Assembly (NCBI GenBank): GCA_964501355.1 | Contig: CAZCSM010000002.1 | Location: forward strand, 5,884-69,883 | Reading direction: 5' to 3' | DNA length: 64,000 nucleotides | Source: an uncultured Candidatus Saccharibacteria bacterium | GTDB lineage: Bacteria; Patescibacteriota; Dojkabacteria; CAZCSM01 | Shown here: positions 30,351 through 40,345 of the stretch, one piece after another | Position numbering within the stretch: the stretch's first letter is position 1 | Layout: every line of letters begins with the position of its first letter | Program-made: the position numbers and the translations under genes | The notes under the pieces: model-generated | Told to the model about the DNA's origin: nothing | The model's input: only the letters and a program-made list of their open reading frames with translations | Database searches by the model: none

Positions 30351-31085
30351 ATGCAGAAATATTCACATAAGGGAGATCAAATATTAAAATCTTTAGATTC
30401 TGCCAATAACTTCACCAATTGGATGTACGAAGTTGTGTCAAAGAGATTGAAAGGTGATATCTTAGAGGTCGGAAGTGGATTTGGGACCTATTCTCAAAAG
30501 TTGGTTGCAGATAAAAGATTTGAAAACTCCAAATTTACTTTAAGCGATATCGACAGTGGATATGTTAAGTCTTTAAGGCACAAGTATAAGGATAATAAGA
30601 ATGTACAAGTAGTTGAATTGGATATTGAATCAAAAAAACAAAAATCAAATTTTGAAGAGAGTTATGATTCGATTTTCGCTTTAAATGTATTCGAGCATAT
30701 AGGAGATGATAATAATGCTTTAAGAAATGCTTACAGCTTACTTAAAAAAGACGGTTATTTGGTACTTATCTTGCCGAATTACAAATTCTTATTTAATACT
30801 TTAGATAAATCTGTAAATCATCACCGTCGTTACAACAAAAATGAAATTTTGGAAAAGTTGAAACAAACTAAGTTTAAACTGGTTGAATTATCTTACTTCA
30901 ACTCTGTTGGCGTAATAGGCTGGTTTTTAAATGGTAACATATTGAAAAAGGATGAGATAGATTCTAATACTGGGTTTCTGTTAAAGATATATGATGCAAT
31001 AATTCCATATTGGAAGTACATAGAAAGATTATTTATAAAGAAAATCTGTGGGTTGTCGCTATTCGTAGTTTTAAGAAAAGAGTAA
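30351..31085 (+). CDS. Class I SAM-dependent methyltransferase
   Basis: ILEVGSGFG, NVFEHIGDD, HHRRY. Confidence 0.85.
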   Translation: MQKYSHKGDQILKSLDSANNFTNWMYEVVSKRLKGDILEVGSGFGTYSQKLVADKRFENSKFTLSDIDSGYVKSLRHKYKDNKNVQVVELDIESKKQKSNFEESYDSIFALNVFEHIGDDNNALRNAYSLLKKDGYLVLILPNYKFLFNTLDKSVNHHRRYNKNEILEKLKQTKFKLVELSYFNSVGVIGWFLNGNILKKDEIDSNTGFLLKIYDAIIPYWKYIERLFIKKICGLSLFVVLRKE

Positions 31086-31163
31086 TAACCATTAAGTGTA
31101 AAATCAAAAACGTATTTCTATCTATTTGCAATTAGAAAATCACTTTTTTATCTTTTAATAAAT

Positions 31164-31664
31164 ATGAAAACAGACAAGAAAATTGTTAAATATTCAGATC
31201 TTTCTAAACTTAAAGAGAAGTATAAAAAGCAAAAGAAAACTACAGTTTTCACTACGGGTTGTTATGATATTTTGCACCTTGGGCATGTGATTCATTTCAA
31301 TTATTGTAAATCCAAAGGTGATATCTTAATCGTGAGTGTAGGTAATGATAAAAATGTTCGTGAATTAAAAGGTCCTTCTCGACCAATTAATTCAGAGTCT
31401 TTTCGTGCTAGAATGATTGCGGCACTTGAGATTATAGATCATGTCGTCATCAGTGAGGAGATGGGGATTATGGATCATGACAAATCGGTTGAGCTTTTGA
31501 AACCAAATTTTTACGTTGTTCCGGGTACGGATGGTTATTTGGATGGGAAGAAGAAACTTGTTGAAAATAATGGGGGAAAACTGATAGCATGTAAAAGACT
31601 TCCTCCAGAGAATAAGAAGGGTGGAATTTCTACTACTATGATTGAGAAAGAATTGGGAAAATGA
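31164..31664 (+). CDS. Cytidylyl/adenylyltransferase (RfaE domain II / TagD family)
   Basis: FTTGCYDILHLGH (HxGH), LKGPSRPIN, ISTT. Confidence 0.85.
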   Translation: MKTDKKIVKYSDLSKLKEKYKKQKKTTVFTTGCYDILHLGHVIHFNYCKSKGDILIVSVGNDKNVRELKGPSRPINSESFRARMIAALEIIDHVVISEEMGIMDHDKSVELLKPNFYVVPGTDGYLDGKKKLVENNGGKLIACKRLPPENKKGGISTTMIEKELGK

Positions 31665-31689
31665 AAATAGATTTTATAATTAATTAAAA

Positions 31690-33399
31690 ATGCTCCGTAC
31701 AAGCCTTGTGTTGATATTGTTGTTTCTCATTCTTAATCTTATTGGGCTGTTATTTTCAAAATTATTTTTGAAAAAACTACGATCTTTTGATTACCCTGTT
31801 TTGGGCTTATCCTCTTTTTTCATTTTAAGTTCCAACCTTTTCCTGTTAGACGTTGATCATAGGATAACGATAATTTTATTATCGATTCTTTCTATGATTG
31901 CCATTAGGTATGTTAAAAAAGAAGATTTGTTTAAAATATTACTTAACTTGGTAATATTTCTATCTACAACTGTAGTTTTTCTTTCGACTTATTTATTTGT
32001 CTTTGGGTTTGATCGTAACATAACAGGCTATAACATATGCAATGATTCTGTAGTACATGCAACATTTTCTCGAAATCCTGAGGATAATTATTTAATAGAG
32101 GATAAGGTCGAAGGTCGCTATTATCCGAGAGCTGTTCATTCGGGGATAAATTTGATAAGCAATGTTGCACACGAAGATACGAGTAAACTTGTCATTCCAA
32201 TGGGGATATATTTTTATGCTTTTGCGGTTTTTCCTTTGATAAGAATCGTAGAATTATTTTTTGATTTGAAGAAAAGCAATTCTCGTTTCTTTGAGAACAA
32301 ATTATTTCTGTACGGAATACCAATAATTAGTTTAAGTACATATTATTCTCTGGCGATTGCATTCCATGGATTCTTGACTCAGGTTTCTTACTTATCCTTT
32401 GTGTTTCTAATTCCTTTCTATATTAATTACAGAAAATTGTATAAAAAGGATATTTTATTAATGCTTTTGGTTGTTGCCAGTATTATAAGTTATGGTCCTG
32501 CAGCTTCGATTATAATTTTCGCTGAATTTACAATTTCTTTTCTATATACTCTTTTTGGAAAAGTTAGGTTGGATATAAAGGTATTGGTTATGAAGTTGTT
32601 AGTTTATATTACGTTAGGTTTATTGTTTGCGGGAGTTAATTTAATAGATTTATTTCATGTTGCTTTAGCAATTGTGGAGCCAGGAGGGGAGGCGCAATCG
32701 TCTATTGGCAATCTTGTTGGGAAATTGGATTTAGACATCCTAACCGGTGTATGGGACGAATCTGATTATCGGATAGTAACTGTCAAGGATACCTTTGTTG
32801 GACAAGCATTTTTATTAATGAACTCATTGTTCTGGGTAGTGTTGGGCTCATTAATTTGTAGAATTAAAAAGCTTAAAAATAACAGGCCGTTAACGATTGT
32901 TATCTTTTCTTTAGTTTTTGCATATCTATTTATGGACTTCTATTCTGGGAATCCATATATGTTAAGTAAATTGCTAACTCCATTGACACCAGCTCTTTGT
33001 GTGCTTTTTCTTTTGGGAATAATTTATTTATGTAAAAATTGGATAGTCAAGTATTCTTTGCTATTAGTTTATTTGTTAGGATTTTTCTATTCGAATTATG
33101 TATTGATGTCGAATATTACGGTATTGCCATATGATTCTCTCTTTGAATTAGATGATCTTCGAACAAGGATTGAAAACTATGATTCTGTGTTATTTCATAC
33201 CAGTAATGATTGGGCTGTATATTATGTAGATAGTTCGGAGGTAGATATTAAGGGAATTCATTATTTTCAAGACACAAATTTTAAAGATATTGTTGATTAT
33301 GATTTAATAGTCTATGATACTGCTGATATTCCAGAAAATTCAATAAGTGGATGCTTGATAAAAGAAAGTTTCGGTAAATATATACTTTGTAAAAACTAA
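31690..33399 (+). CDS. Multi-pass membrane protein (possible GT-C)
   Basis: More than 10 TMs; NDSVVH and YYPRAVH loop motifs. Confidence 0.55.
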   Translation: MLRTSLVLILLFLILNLIGLLFSKLFLKKLRSFDYPVLGLSSFFILSSNLFLLDVDHRITIILLSILSMIAIRYVKKEDLFKILLNLVIFLSTTVVFLSTYLFVFGFDRNITGYNICNDSVVHATFSRNPEDNYLIEDKVEGRYYPRAVHSGINLISNVAHEDTSKLVIPMGIYFYAFAVFPLIRIVELFFDLKKSNSRFFENKLFLYGIPIISLSTYYSLAIAFHGFLTQVSYLSFVFLIPFYINYRKLYKKDILLMLLVVASIISYGPAASIIIFAEFTISFLYTLFGKVRLDIKVLVMKLLVYITLGLLFAGVNLIDLFHVALAIVEPGGEAQSSIGNLVGKLDLDILTGVWDESDYRIVTVKDTFVGQAFLLMNSLFWVVLGSLICRIKKLKNNRPLTIVIFSLVFAYLFMDFYSGNPYMLSKLLTPLTPALCVLFLLGIIYLCKNWIVKYSLLLVYLLGFFYSNYVLMSNITVLPYDSLFELDDLRTRIENYDSVLFHTSNDWAVYYVDSSEVDIKGIHYFQDTNFKDIVDYDLIVYDTADIPENSISGCLIKESFGKYILCKN

Positions 33400-33401
33400 T
33401 C

Positions 33402-35741
33402 ATGAAAATAGGATTTCTTTGTGAACGAATGCTTCTTGGTTTCGGTGTTGATCTTGTAATTCACAATCAAGCAGAGTTACTGGGTCAGATGGGTCATGAC
33501 GTTACAGTTTACACTTTGCGAACGGATGAAACTTTTAATAATAAATATTATCGAATCATCAAACTCAATTCCGGATTGCACCTCAATCCTCTCAAAACAG
33601 AGCTTGGAGTTGTAAAAAATACCGCTAGATTTCTTAACAATCAAGATGTCGATGTTTGGATATCTGAAACGTACCCATTCCATATATTGACATGGTTTTT
33701 GAAGAAACCCGTCTTCATAATAGAGTATGGCACAAGTTCAAGTGAAGGAATGAAGTTTAAGCAAAAGATAAATTTTTTCTATCAGAAATATGTTGATAGA
33801 TTATTATTCTTCCCTTTTTCAAAAAAGATAATAACAATTTCACAATATTTGAAAGATGCTCAGGTTCCTTTCTATTTACGACATAAGGCTATTCCTCAGC
33901 ATTTAGGAGTAGATCATTATATTAATGATTTCAAGGAAAGGAAAGGCAACTCATCTGCATTGAAAAAAGATTTAAAGTTGAACAAGGATGATTTCGTTTT
34001 GCTTTATGTAGGCAGATTGAGACATGAGGCTCAGCCGTATAAAGGTGTTGCTGATTTGATTGAAATATATCAGCAGGTTAAAAAGAAAAATTCAAAAGTA
34101 AAGCTGATAATGGCAGGTTATGGAGATGAAGAGGATAAAAAGAATTTGGAGAAAAAGGGAATAATTGCGTTACCTTGCGTTCCCAAAGAGGATCTAGAAG
34201 AATTATACGATTTGTGTGATTTATGTGTTTCTGCAACTAAGTGGGAGGGATTTAATCTTCCTATGTTTGAAGCACAGACATTCGGTAAAGTTCCGGTGAT
34301 TTATAATATCGGGCCTCATCCGGAACTGATGAATGATGGAGAACATGCTTTTCTTGTTAATGATCAGGATGAATTTATAGAAAAGGTTCTTTTGCTATCA
34401 AAGGATGAAAATTTGAAGAAGTCTATGGAGAAAAAGGCAATTGAACATTCTTCCAATTTTACATGGAAGAAAAATGTGGAGAAATTTGAAAAACTATTGA
34501 GGAAAGAGGTAAAGATAAAAAAGGAATATAAAAAAGATTGGGTTGATCTGATAACTCTTAACTATGATGGAAAATCAATAACGGAAGACTTGTTTAATTC
34601 TCTGAAGAAGAACAAATACAAAAATGTTAATTATGTAATGGTTGATAATGGATCTCATGATGGTTCCGCCGATTACATAGAAAAGAAATTCCATAATGTA
34701 AAAGTAATTCGTTCAAATAAGAACCTATTTTTTCCAAGAGGAAATAATCTTGCTATAAAACAAACGAACTCAGAATTTATAATGTTGGTTAACAATGACA
34801 TTATTGTCGAGCCGGATGCAATATCAAAAATGGTGAATAGAATGAAAAGTGATCCAATGATTGTAGCGGTTGCAAGTAAGATGTTGTCAATGAAAAATAA
34901 AAGAGTGATAGACTCTATTGGAACTGTGATGATGCCCGATGGTTCACCTTTTAATCGCGGAATTGGGCAGATTGATTTGGGACAATATGATAAAAGCGAA
35001 GATGTATTTGGTGCTTGTTTTGGCAGTGTTTTGCTGAGAAGGTCTTCGTATGAAAATGTAGTTGGTCCGATGGACAATGATTATTTCGGATATTTTGAAG
35101 ATGTAGATTGGTGTTTCCGTGCTAATATGTTGGGATATAAGATTGTCACTGAACCGGAAGCTATTGTTTATCACGCTCACAGTGCAACTTCCGCAAAGAG
35201 GAATTATGATTGGAAATTTTTCTTAATTCAGAGAAATTTTATCTGGACTATTCTCAAAAATTTTCAAAGAAATAAGGCTCTTCGAGGTGTAGTAAGAAGG
35301 TTGCTTGCATTATCAAGGGAGTTTGTTTTCTCCAAATCGCTTAGTAGGAAATGGGCAAGCTTGAAAGTTATTATGGCAACTATAATTTGTTCTCCGAAGT
35401 TTCTTGTAAAGAGATTAGATTTGCAAAGGAAAAGAATGGTCTCGGATGCTGAAATCTTCCGATTTTCTATTAACGAGTTTTCCTTCTTTGAACCAGTTAA
35501 ATATGAACCTATTTATTCTCTTGATAATTTAGAGAAGACTTTTGAAAGACTTGCTAATTTGAACAAAAAAGATATAAAGATTTATAAAGAAATCAGAAAT
35601 TTGAATCTGACAAAATCTGCTTCCGATGGACAGTGGGATAAAAAAGCAATTAAACTTTTGAAATCTTTGGAAAGTAGAATTGGTCGAGAAGACACAAAAA
35701 GATTTTTGGAATTTATTGTCGAGAAGAAGTCTTGGATATAA
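33402..35741 (+). CDS. Bifunctional GT4-GT2 glycosyltransferase (candidate polymerase)
   Basis: GT4 WEGFNLPMFEA; GT2 VDNGSHDGS, NNDI, YFEDVDWCFR. Confidence 0.88.
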   Translation: MKIGFLCERMLLGFGVDLVIHNQAELLGQMGHDVTVYTLRTDETFNNKYYRIIKLNSGLHLNPLKTELGVVKNTARFLNNQDVDVWISETYPFHILTWFLKKPVFIIEYGTSSSEGMKFKQKINFFYQKYVDRLLFFPFSKKIITISQYLKDAQVPFYLRHKAIPQHLGVDHYINDFKERKGNSSALKKDLKLNKDDFVLLYVGRLRHEAQPYKGVADLIEIYQQVKKKNSKVKLIMAGYGDEEDKKNLEKKGIIALPCVPKEDLEELYDLCDLCVSATKWEGFNLPMFEAQTFGKVPVIYNIGPHPELMNDGEHAFLVNDQDEFIEKVLLLSKDENLKKSMEKKAIEHSSNFTWKKNVEKFEKLLRKEVKIKKEYKKDWVDLITLNYDGKSITEDLFNSLKKNKYKNVNYVMVDNGSHDGSADYIEKKFHNVKVIRSNKNLFFPRGNNLAIKQTNSEFIMLVNNDIIVEPDAISKMVNRMKSDPMIVAVASKMLSMKNKRVIDSIGTVMMPDGSPFNRGIGQIDLGQYDKSEDVFGACFGSVLLRRSSYENVVGPMDNDYFGYFEDVDWCFRANMLGYKIVTEPEAIVYHAHSATSAKRNYDWKFFLIQRNFIWTILKNFQRNKALRGVVRRLLALSREFVFSKSLSRKWASLKVIMATIICSPKFLVKRLDLQRKRMVSDAEIFRFSINEFSFFEPVKYEPIYSLDNLEKTFERLANLNKKDIKIYKEIRNLNLTKSASDGQWDKKAIKLLKSLESRIGREDTKRFLEFIVEKKSWI

Positions 35742-36936
35742 GCTTCTTAACCTTGTTTTTTAGAGCGTTAACATTAAAGACTTTGTTCTCTAGAATTTCT
35801 ATTGTCTTTCTTTGATTATTAATTTCTCCGTCTAAGTGGGCAACGGCATTTTGGAAATTTTCAATATGCTGATTCTTTTCTTCTAGTTCTTTTTGAAAGT
35901 TTTCAATATGCTGATTTTTTTCTTTCAGTTCTTTTTGGAAGTTTTCAATATGCTGATTTTTTTCCTTCAGTTCTTTTTGGAAGTTTTCAATATGCTGATT
36001 TTTTTCACTCAGTTCTTTTTGGAAGTTTTCAATATGTTCATTCTTTTCATCTATTGTTTTTACAAGATCTGGTATTTGTGAGGTTTCTTTCTGTAGATTC
36101 TCTATATGTTTCTGTTTGGCTTCTGCTTCTTTCAAAAGCTTTTGAACTAGTTCTTCTTTCTCTTCGATTATCCTTGTTTGGTTTTCTACTAATTGGTGAA
36201 CCTCAAGCATTGGCTTTTTGTTTTGCGGAAGATCGCTAATTCCCTTTGTTTTTTCTGCAGAGATTTTGAATATGTATTGATATGCAATCGATTCCTTTTT
36301 AGTAATTAGATTAATGAACGCGGATGTTGTTTTTAATCCAAGCTTTTCAAGTTCTTCATTTAAGTACTTTGTTGGAAAATCGAAAGTTGTGTAATGTAGT
36401 TCATTAACAAACAGGTCTGCTTTTTTGATGAGATTACTGAATTTCTTTAAAGTGAAATATTGAAGATGTGTGTCATCAAGAATTCCTCTTTCTTCCGATT
36501 CGAAATCGCCTCTCAATAGTTCCAACCTGATTGATACGTGTGCAATGTTTGGAATAGACACAATTATGAATCCCTTCGGTTTTATGTATGATTTCAGTCT
36601 CTTCAGTAACTCCAGAGGATTCTTTAAATGTTCAAGCAAATCTGCGACTATAATATAGTCGAAACTATTTTTTTCGAACTCTTTTTCCCATATACTATCT
36701 TCAACATTCGCGATGACAACCTTCTTACACACCTTCTTTGCGATTTCCGCATCTTCCTTTGACAACTCTATTCCAGAGACTTGGCAGTTTTTTTGTTGAA
36801 TTAAATATTCCGCAAGGTAGCCGCTACTGCACCCTATATCAAGTATTTCGGCACCATCATCAATCATATTAACAATTTTGGTAAGCGAAACATTTTCATT
36901 TGAAACATCAACTTTTTGGTGGGAATATTTGCTCAT
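35713..36936 (-). CDS. SAM methyltransferase with C-terminal coiled coil (WbdD-like chain terminator / ruler)
   Basis: LDIGCSSG, ADLLEHL, SIPNIAH, GILDDTHL; EKNQHIENFQKEL repeats; in operon with wzm-wzt. Confidence 0.8.
   Translation of the reverse strand: MSKYSHQKVDVSNENVSLTKIVNMIDDGAEILDIGCSSGYLAEYLIQQKNCQVSGIELSKEDAEIAKKVCKKVVIANVEDSIWEKEFEKNSFDYIIVADLLEHLKNPLELLKRLKSYIKPKGFIIVSIPNIAHVSIRLELLRGDFESEERGILDDTHLQYFTLKKFSNLIKKADLFVNELHYTTFDFPTKYLNEELEKLGLKTTSAFINLITKKESIAYQYIFKISAEKTKGISDLPQNKKPMLEVHQLVENQTRIIEEKEELVQKLLKEAEAKQKHIENLQKETSQIPDLVKTIDEKNEHIENFQKELSEKNQHIENFQKELKEKNQHIENFQKELKEKNQHIENFQKELEEKNQHIENFQNAVAHLDGEINNQRKTIEILENKVFNVNALKNKVKKLISKTSSRQ
35849..36050. repeat. 42-bp intragenic tandem repeat, ~4.8 copies
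   Basis: ttttggaagttttcaatatgctgattttttt...agttct units starting at 35849, 35891, 35933, 35975, 36017. Confidence 0.9.
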
Positions 36937-37820
36937 TAATTTATTTTACAAATATCATATATTTCTTGGTGCATGGGGAAAAAGTCAAATTCATCATTAA
37001 TTTTATATTTATTAAACATGGATCTTCTCTTAAAGAATAATATTTTACAAGAAGGCTCAGATAATCCGGGATCTGCATTATTATTTATAATTCCTGTGCT
37101 TTTCGAATTCTTTCTTCCTGAACTCAATCCAATAATAACTAGATTCATTTCTACATGTAGGCCTCTTGTATAACCTTGGTCGAGTTTGATTAGAGTTTTA
37201 TTGTTTCGTTTTATAGATCTCGTAGATGATTCAGTATAATAGATTTCGTTTTCATAGACAAATACTGAATGTGGATGAAATATATTCACGATTTCTTTCC
37301 TTTGACCAACAATCTCAAATATGTATCCGTTTTTGGCAGAACTCCACCTCTCTCCTTTTTTGAGTCCGAATCCAGATATAAATAACTTATCTTTGTTTGA
37401 GTATAGAGAATTTAAGTGATGCGTATCATTTCTACCTTCTGAATCATTGGGCTTCCATAGAATTTCTGGTTTATCAAATTTTAGGTTCTTTTGATCATAA
37501 TTGTATTTTATTACGGAGTCATTTCCTGTGGATACAACGTAAAGATTATTGTCTTTTAATACAATAGAGTGTCCGTCGATTACTTCGGCAAGATCACTCT
37601 TTGCCAATACATCTGAGGTTTTTTTATCGATTATCACAATACCATTTGGTTGCGATTGGTAGAGAGCGAATATAAAGTTTTCATTTTGGGCGACTTCAGT
37701 AAATCCTGTGTTTGGAAAGTCTATGTTTATGCAGGATACTGAATGCTCTTCCGTATCTAAGATTGAAATATTTTTTTTGTTTCCATCTGTTTGATTACAA
37801 AAGGATATTGCTAATTTCAT
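36936..37820 (-). CDS. Beta-propeller-like protein (DUF4915-like)
   Basis: DGHSI, DTHHLNSL, HPHSV, GYTRGL, EIYDI motifs. Confidence 0.55.
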   Translation of the reverse strand: MKLAISFCNQTDGNKKNISILDTEEHSVSCINIDFPNTGFTEVAQNENFIFALYQSQPNGIVIIDKKTSDVLAKSDLAEVIDGHSIVLKDNNLYVVSTGNDSVIKYNYDQKNLKFDKPEILWKPNDSEGRNDTHHLNSLYSNKDKLFISGFGLKKGERWSSAKNGYIFEIVGQRKEIVNIFHPHSVFVYENEIYYTESSTRSIKRNNKTLIKLDQGYTRGLHVEMNLVIIGLSSGRKNSKSTGIINNNADPGLSEPSCKILFFKRRSMFNKYKINDEFDFFPMHQEIYDICKIN

Positions 37821-37823
37821 AGT

Positions 37824-39014
37824 TTACCTCCATGTATGTGGTAATTGCAAAAGTCCGTTCTTTTTAGTGGTTGCCTTGAAATTAACAAACTCGTTAAATT
37901 CAGAGCTGTCATAAACCTCGTAGATGAGATTATTTTTTGGATCGCCTTTGAATATGCTTGCCTTATAATAAAAACTTCCTTTGTTGAAATAATTGGGATT
38001 AAAACTCAGCTTTATCTTATTCACACCTCTATTTATCTTTGGCGAGAATCCATCATAAAATGAATTATTTCCACAAATCCAAGCGTTTGTATTTTTATCA
38101 AATATAGCCAAACCCACGAATAAATCATTTTCTGGCTTTTCAACTTCTAAATTTATCTCGAAAGTTATGTTTTCCTCACTTGTGAAACTTCTTTTTTCTA
38201 GACGCTGTTTGGCATAAGTTTTTATCTCCTTGATGAAATGTAAATCTTTAACTGTAGAAGAATCATTCGAAAGTATAGGGTTGCCTTCATTTTGATAATG
38301 TGATACCACCTCTTCCGTCCCATTATCAATCCTCACCTTTCCTCCATCAATCCAAATAACCCTATCACAAAACTCTTTCACACTATCCATCCCATGGCTC
38401 ACAAACACCACAGTCTTTCCTTCTTTTTTAAAATTTCTAAACACATCAAAACATTTTTCCTGAAAACCAGCATCGCCGACTGCCAGTACTTCATCAACTA
38501 AATAAATATCAGCATCTGATTGAATGGCGATGGAGAAGGCGAGTCGTACTTGCATGCCTGAAGAATAATTCTTTACCGGCATATCGATGAAATCTCTCAC
38601 TTCTGCAAAATCTACAATTTCATCAAATTTCTTCTCTAAAAACTTCTTCGTCATTCCGAGAATTATCCCGTTAAGAAAAATGTTTTCTCTTCCCGATAAT
38701 TCAGGGTTGAATCCAACACCAAGCTCCAAGAATGGAGTCATTTGACCATTGATTTTTACACTTCCTTTATCCGGCTCGTAAATGCCTGCGAGTGTTTTTA
38801 AAAGTGTAGATTTTCCGCTACCGTTTCTTCCGATAATTCCCAAAAACTCTCCCTTTTTCACTTCGAAAGAAACATCGTTTAAAGCATTAAATTCTCGGTA
38901 CTTTGTTTTGTGAAAAGGGTTGAGAACGTAGTGTTTAATCTGCGTCTTCTGTTCAAAAGGGATTCGGAAGGTTTGGGATAAGTTATTTACTTTTATTGCA
39001 ATAGCATCGTTCAT
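37824..39014 (-). CDS. wzt: Polysaccharide ABC transporter ATPase with C-terminal carbohydrate-binding domain
   Basis: GRNGSGKST, YSSGMQVRLAF, DEVLAVGD, VSH; ~150-aa Wzt_C extension. Confidence 0.93.
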   Translation of the reverse strand: MNDAIAIKVNNLSQTFRIPFEQKTQIKHYVLNPFHKTKYREFNALNDVSFEVKKGEFLGIIGRNGSGKSTLLKTLAGIYEPDKGSVKINGQMTPFLELGVGFNPELSGRENIFLNGIILGMTKKFLEKKFDEIVDFAEVRDFIDMPVKNYSSGMQVRLAFSIAIQSDADIYLVDEVLAVGDAGFQEKCFDVFRNFKKEGKTVVFVSHGMDSVKEFCDRVIWIDGGKVRIDNGTEEVVSHYQNEGNPILSNDSSTVKDLHFIKEIKTYAKQRLEKRSFTSEENITFEINLEVEKPENDLFVGLAIFDKNTNAWICGNNSFYDGFSPKINRGVNKIKLSFNPNYFNKGSFYYKASIFKGDPKNNLIYEVYDSSEFNEFVNFKATTKKNGLLQLPHTWR

Positions 39015-39032
39015 ATTTAAATTGGTTGGAGA

Positions 39033-39484
39033 TTGTTAAAACATTGATAAAACATAGTTCAAACGTTGTTGAAACGTAGTTACAAATTTTTAGATAAATA
39101 TTTAATCAAGTTACTTATCTTCACTGATATGGTAACACAATTCTTTCGAAGTTCTTCTGATTTTGCAGAACCTATAAAGTTTTGATTCTCTGCAATATGC
39201 AACATGCTTCGCACTTCTCCGCAAGATCCTTTGGAAATGTATAAGAATCTTATAAGTTCTCTGTTGCTTTGTCTTTCGTAACCTTCAGCAATGTTATTGC
39301 TTATTGATAAAGTTGCTCTTAATATCTGATCTTTGAAATAGTAATCCCTAAATTTCTTATCTCCAAATATCTGAGATATGTCTATGAATAATTGTATTCC
39401 TAACTGCCAAATTTCTAAATCTTCAAAATTTGTTTTACTATGTTTGATCGATGTTTTATCCATGTTTGAAACTATGTTTTATCT
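39033..39484. mobile_element. Inverted 11-mer repeat arrays flanking a four-helix-bundle gene (putative element)
   Basis: Left ttgttaaaaca-ttgataaaaca-tagttcaaacg-ttgttgaaacg; right tgtttgatcga-tgttttatcca-tgtttgaaacta-tgttttatc; gataaaacatagtt(t)caaac is present as an inverted pair. Confidence 0.6.
39080..39463 (-). CDS. Four helix bundle protein (23S rRNA IVS protein / Avd-like family)
   Basis: FEDLEIWQ...DQILRATLSISNNIAEGYER...RFLYISKGSCGEVRS. Confidence 0.9.
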   Translation of the reverse strand: MDKTSIKHSKTNFEDLEIWQLGIQLFIDISQIFGDKKFRDYYFKDQILRATLSISNNIAEGYERQSNRELIRFLYISKGSCGEVRSMLHIAENQNFIGSAKSEELRKNCVTISVKISNLIKYLSKNL

Positions 39485-39543
39485 TTACAATGAAAGCGCT
39501 TCGCTAGATCCTTCGTTGCACTCTGGATGACACTGTTTGTTAT

Positions 39544-40338
39544 TTACAACCGTTCTGCAATCCCTTTGATATTTTTCTTAAAAAAATACAGACTGATGAA
39601 AAATGCCGGTAATATTATTGCCAGCATTATTAGGTTCGTTTTTACAAATTCTATCTTCCCATAAATCAGTGCCGATCTTGCGGAAAGAATGATTCTAGTT
39701 AATGGATTTAATGCAACAACGGTGCTTATTGTTCCGGTCAACATTTCAATCGGGTATATGATTGGTGTAAGGTAGAAAAACACTTGCAATACTAGTTCCC
39801 AAATCGGGGCAATATCTCTGAATCGGACATGTAAAATACTTATAATAAATCCGAAAGTTAATATTAGTATGTATTGGATGAAAATTAAAAAGATGAAATA
39901 TAAAAATGATTGGAATGTGACATCTGTTTTAAATACAATTGCGAATATTCCGAAAATACAGAGGTTTATTCCATAATTTATTATGGCAATTATTGTTGAA
40001 GATACCACCGCAATTTCCTTTGGAAAATTTACCTTCAGAATAATTCCGGCTTTTCCTAGAATTGAATGCATACCGTTAATTGTTCCTTCTGAGAAGAATT
40101 GAAATGTAATTGTTCCGAGTAATAGGTATAAAGGGTAATTTGAGATTGAGTCATTTCCACCGAAGAATTTAGAAAAAACAGTATACAGAATCAGAAACAT
40201 CATAAACGGACGGATAAGCACCCATGCAAATCCGAGAAATGAATTATTATATCTGATTTTGAAGTCTGTCTTTACAAGCTCGACCAGAAGGTCTTTAAGA
40301 TTTTCGTTGGATCGATTCATATGTATGTTCAAAGTCAT
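39544..40338 (-). CDS. wzm: Polysaccharide ABC transporter permease
   Basis: DFKIRYNNSFLGFAW, RFRDI, FYLTPIIYP, LNPL. Confidence 0.92.
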   Translation of the reverse strand: MTLNIHMNRSNENLKDLLVELVKTDFKIRYNNSFLGFAWVLIRPFMMFLILYTVFSKFFGGNDSISNYPLYLLLGTITFQFFSEGTINGMHSILGKAGIILKVNFPKEIAVVSSTIIAIINYGINLCIFGIFAIVFKTDVTFQSFLYFIFLIFIQYILILTFGFIISILHVRFRDIAPIWELVLQVFFYLTPIIYPIEMLTGTISTVVALNPLTRIILSARSALIYGKIEFVKTNLIMLAIILPAFFISLYFFKKNIKGIAERL

Positions 40339-40345
40339 TTAAATG

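Noticed and set aside
35849-36050. 42-bp repeats as a CRISPR array
   Set aside because: Head-to-tail repeats without unique spacers, in frame within a coiled-coil coding region.
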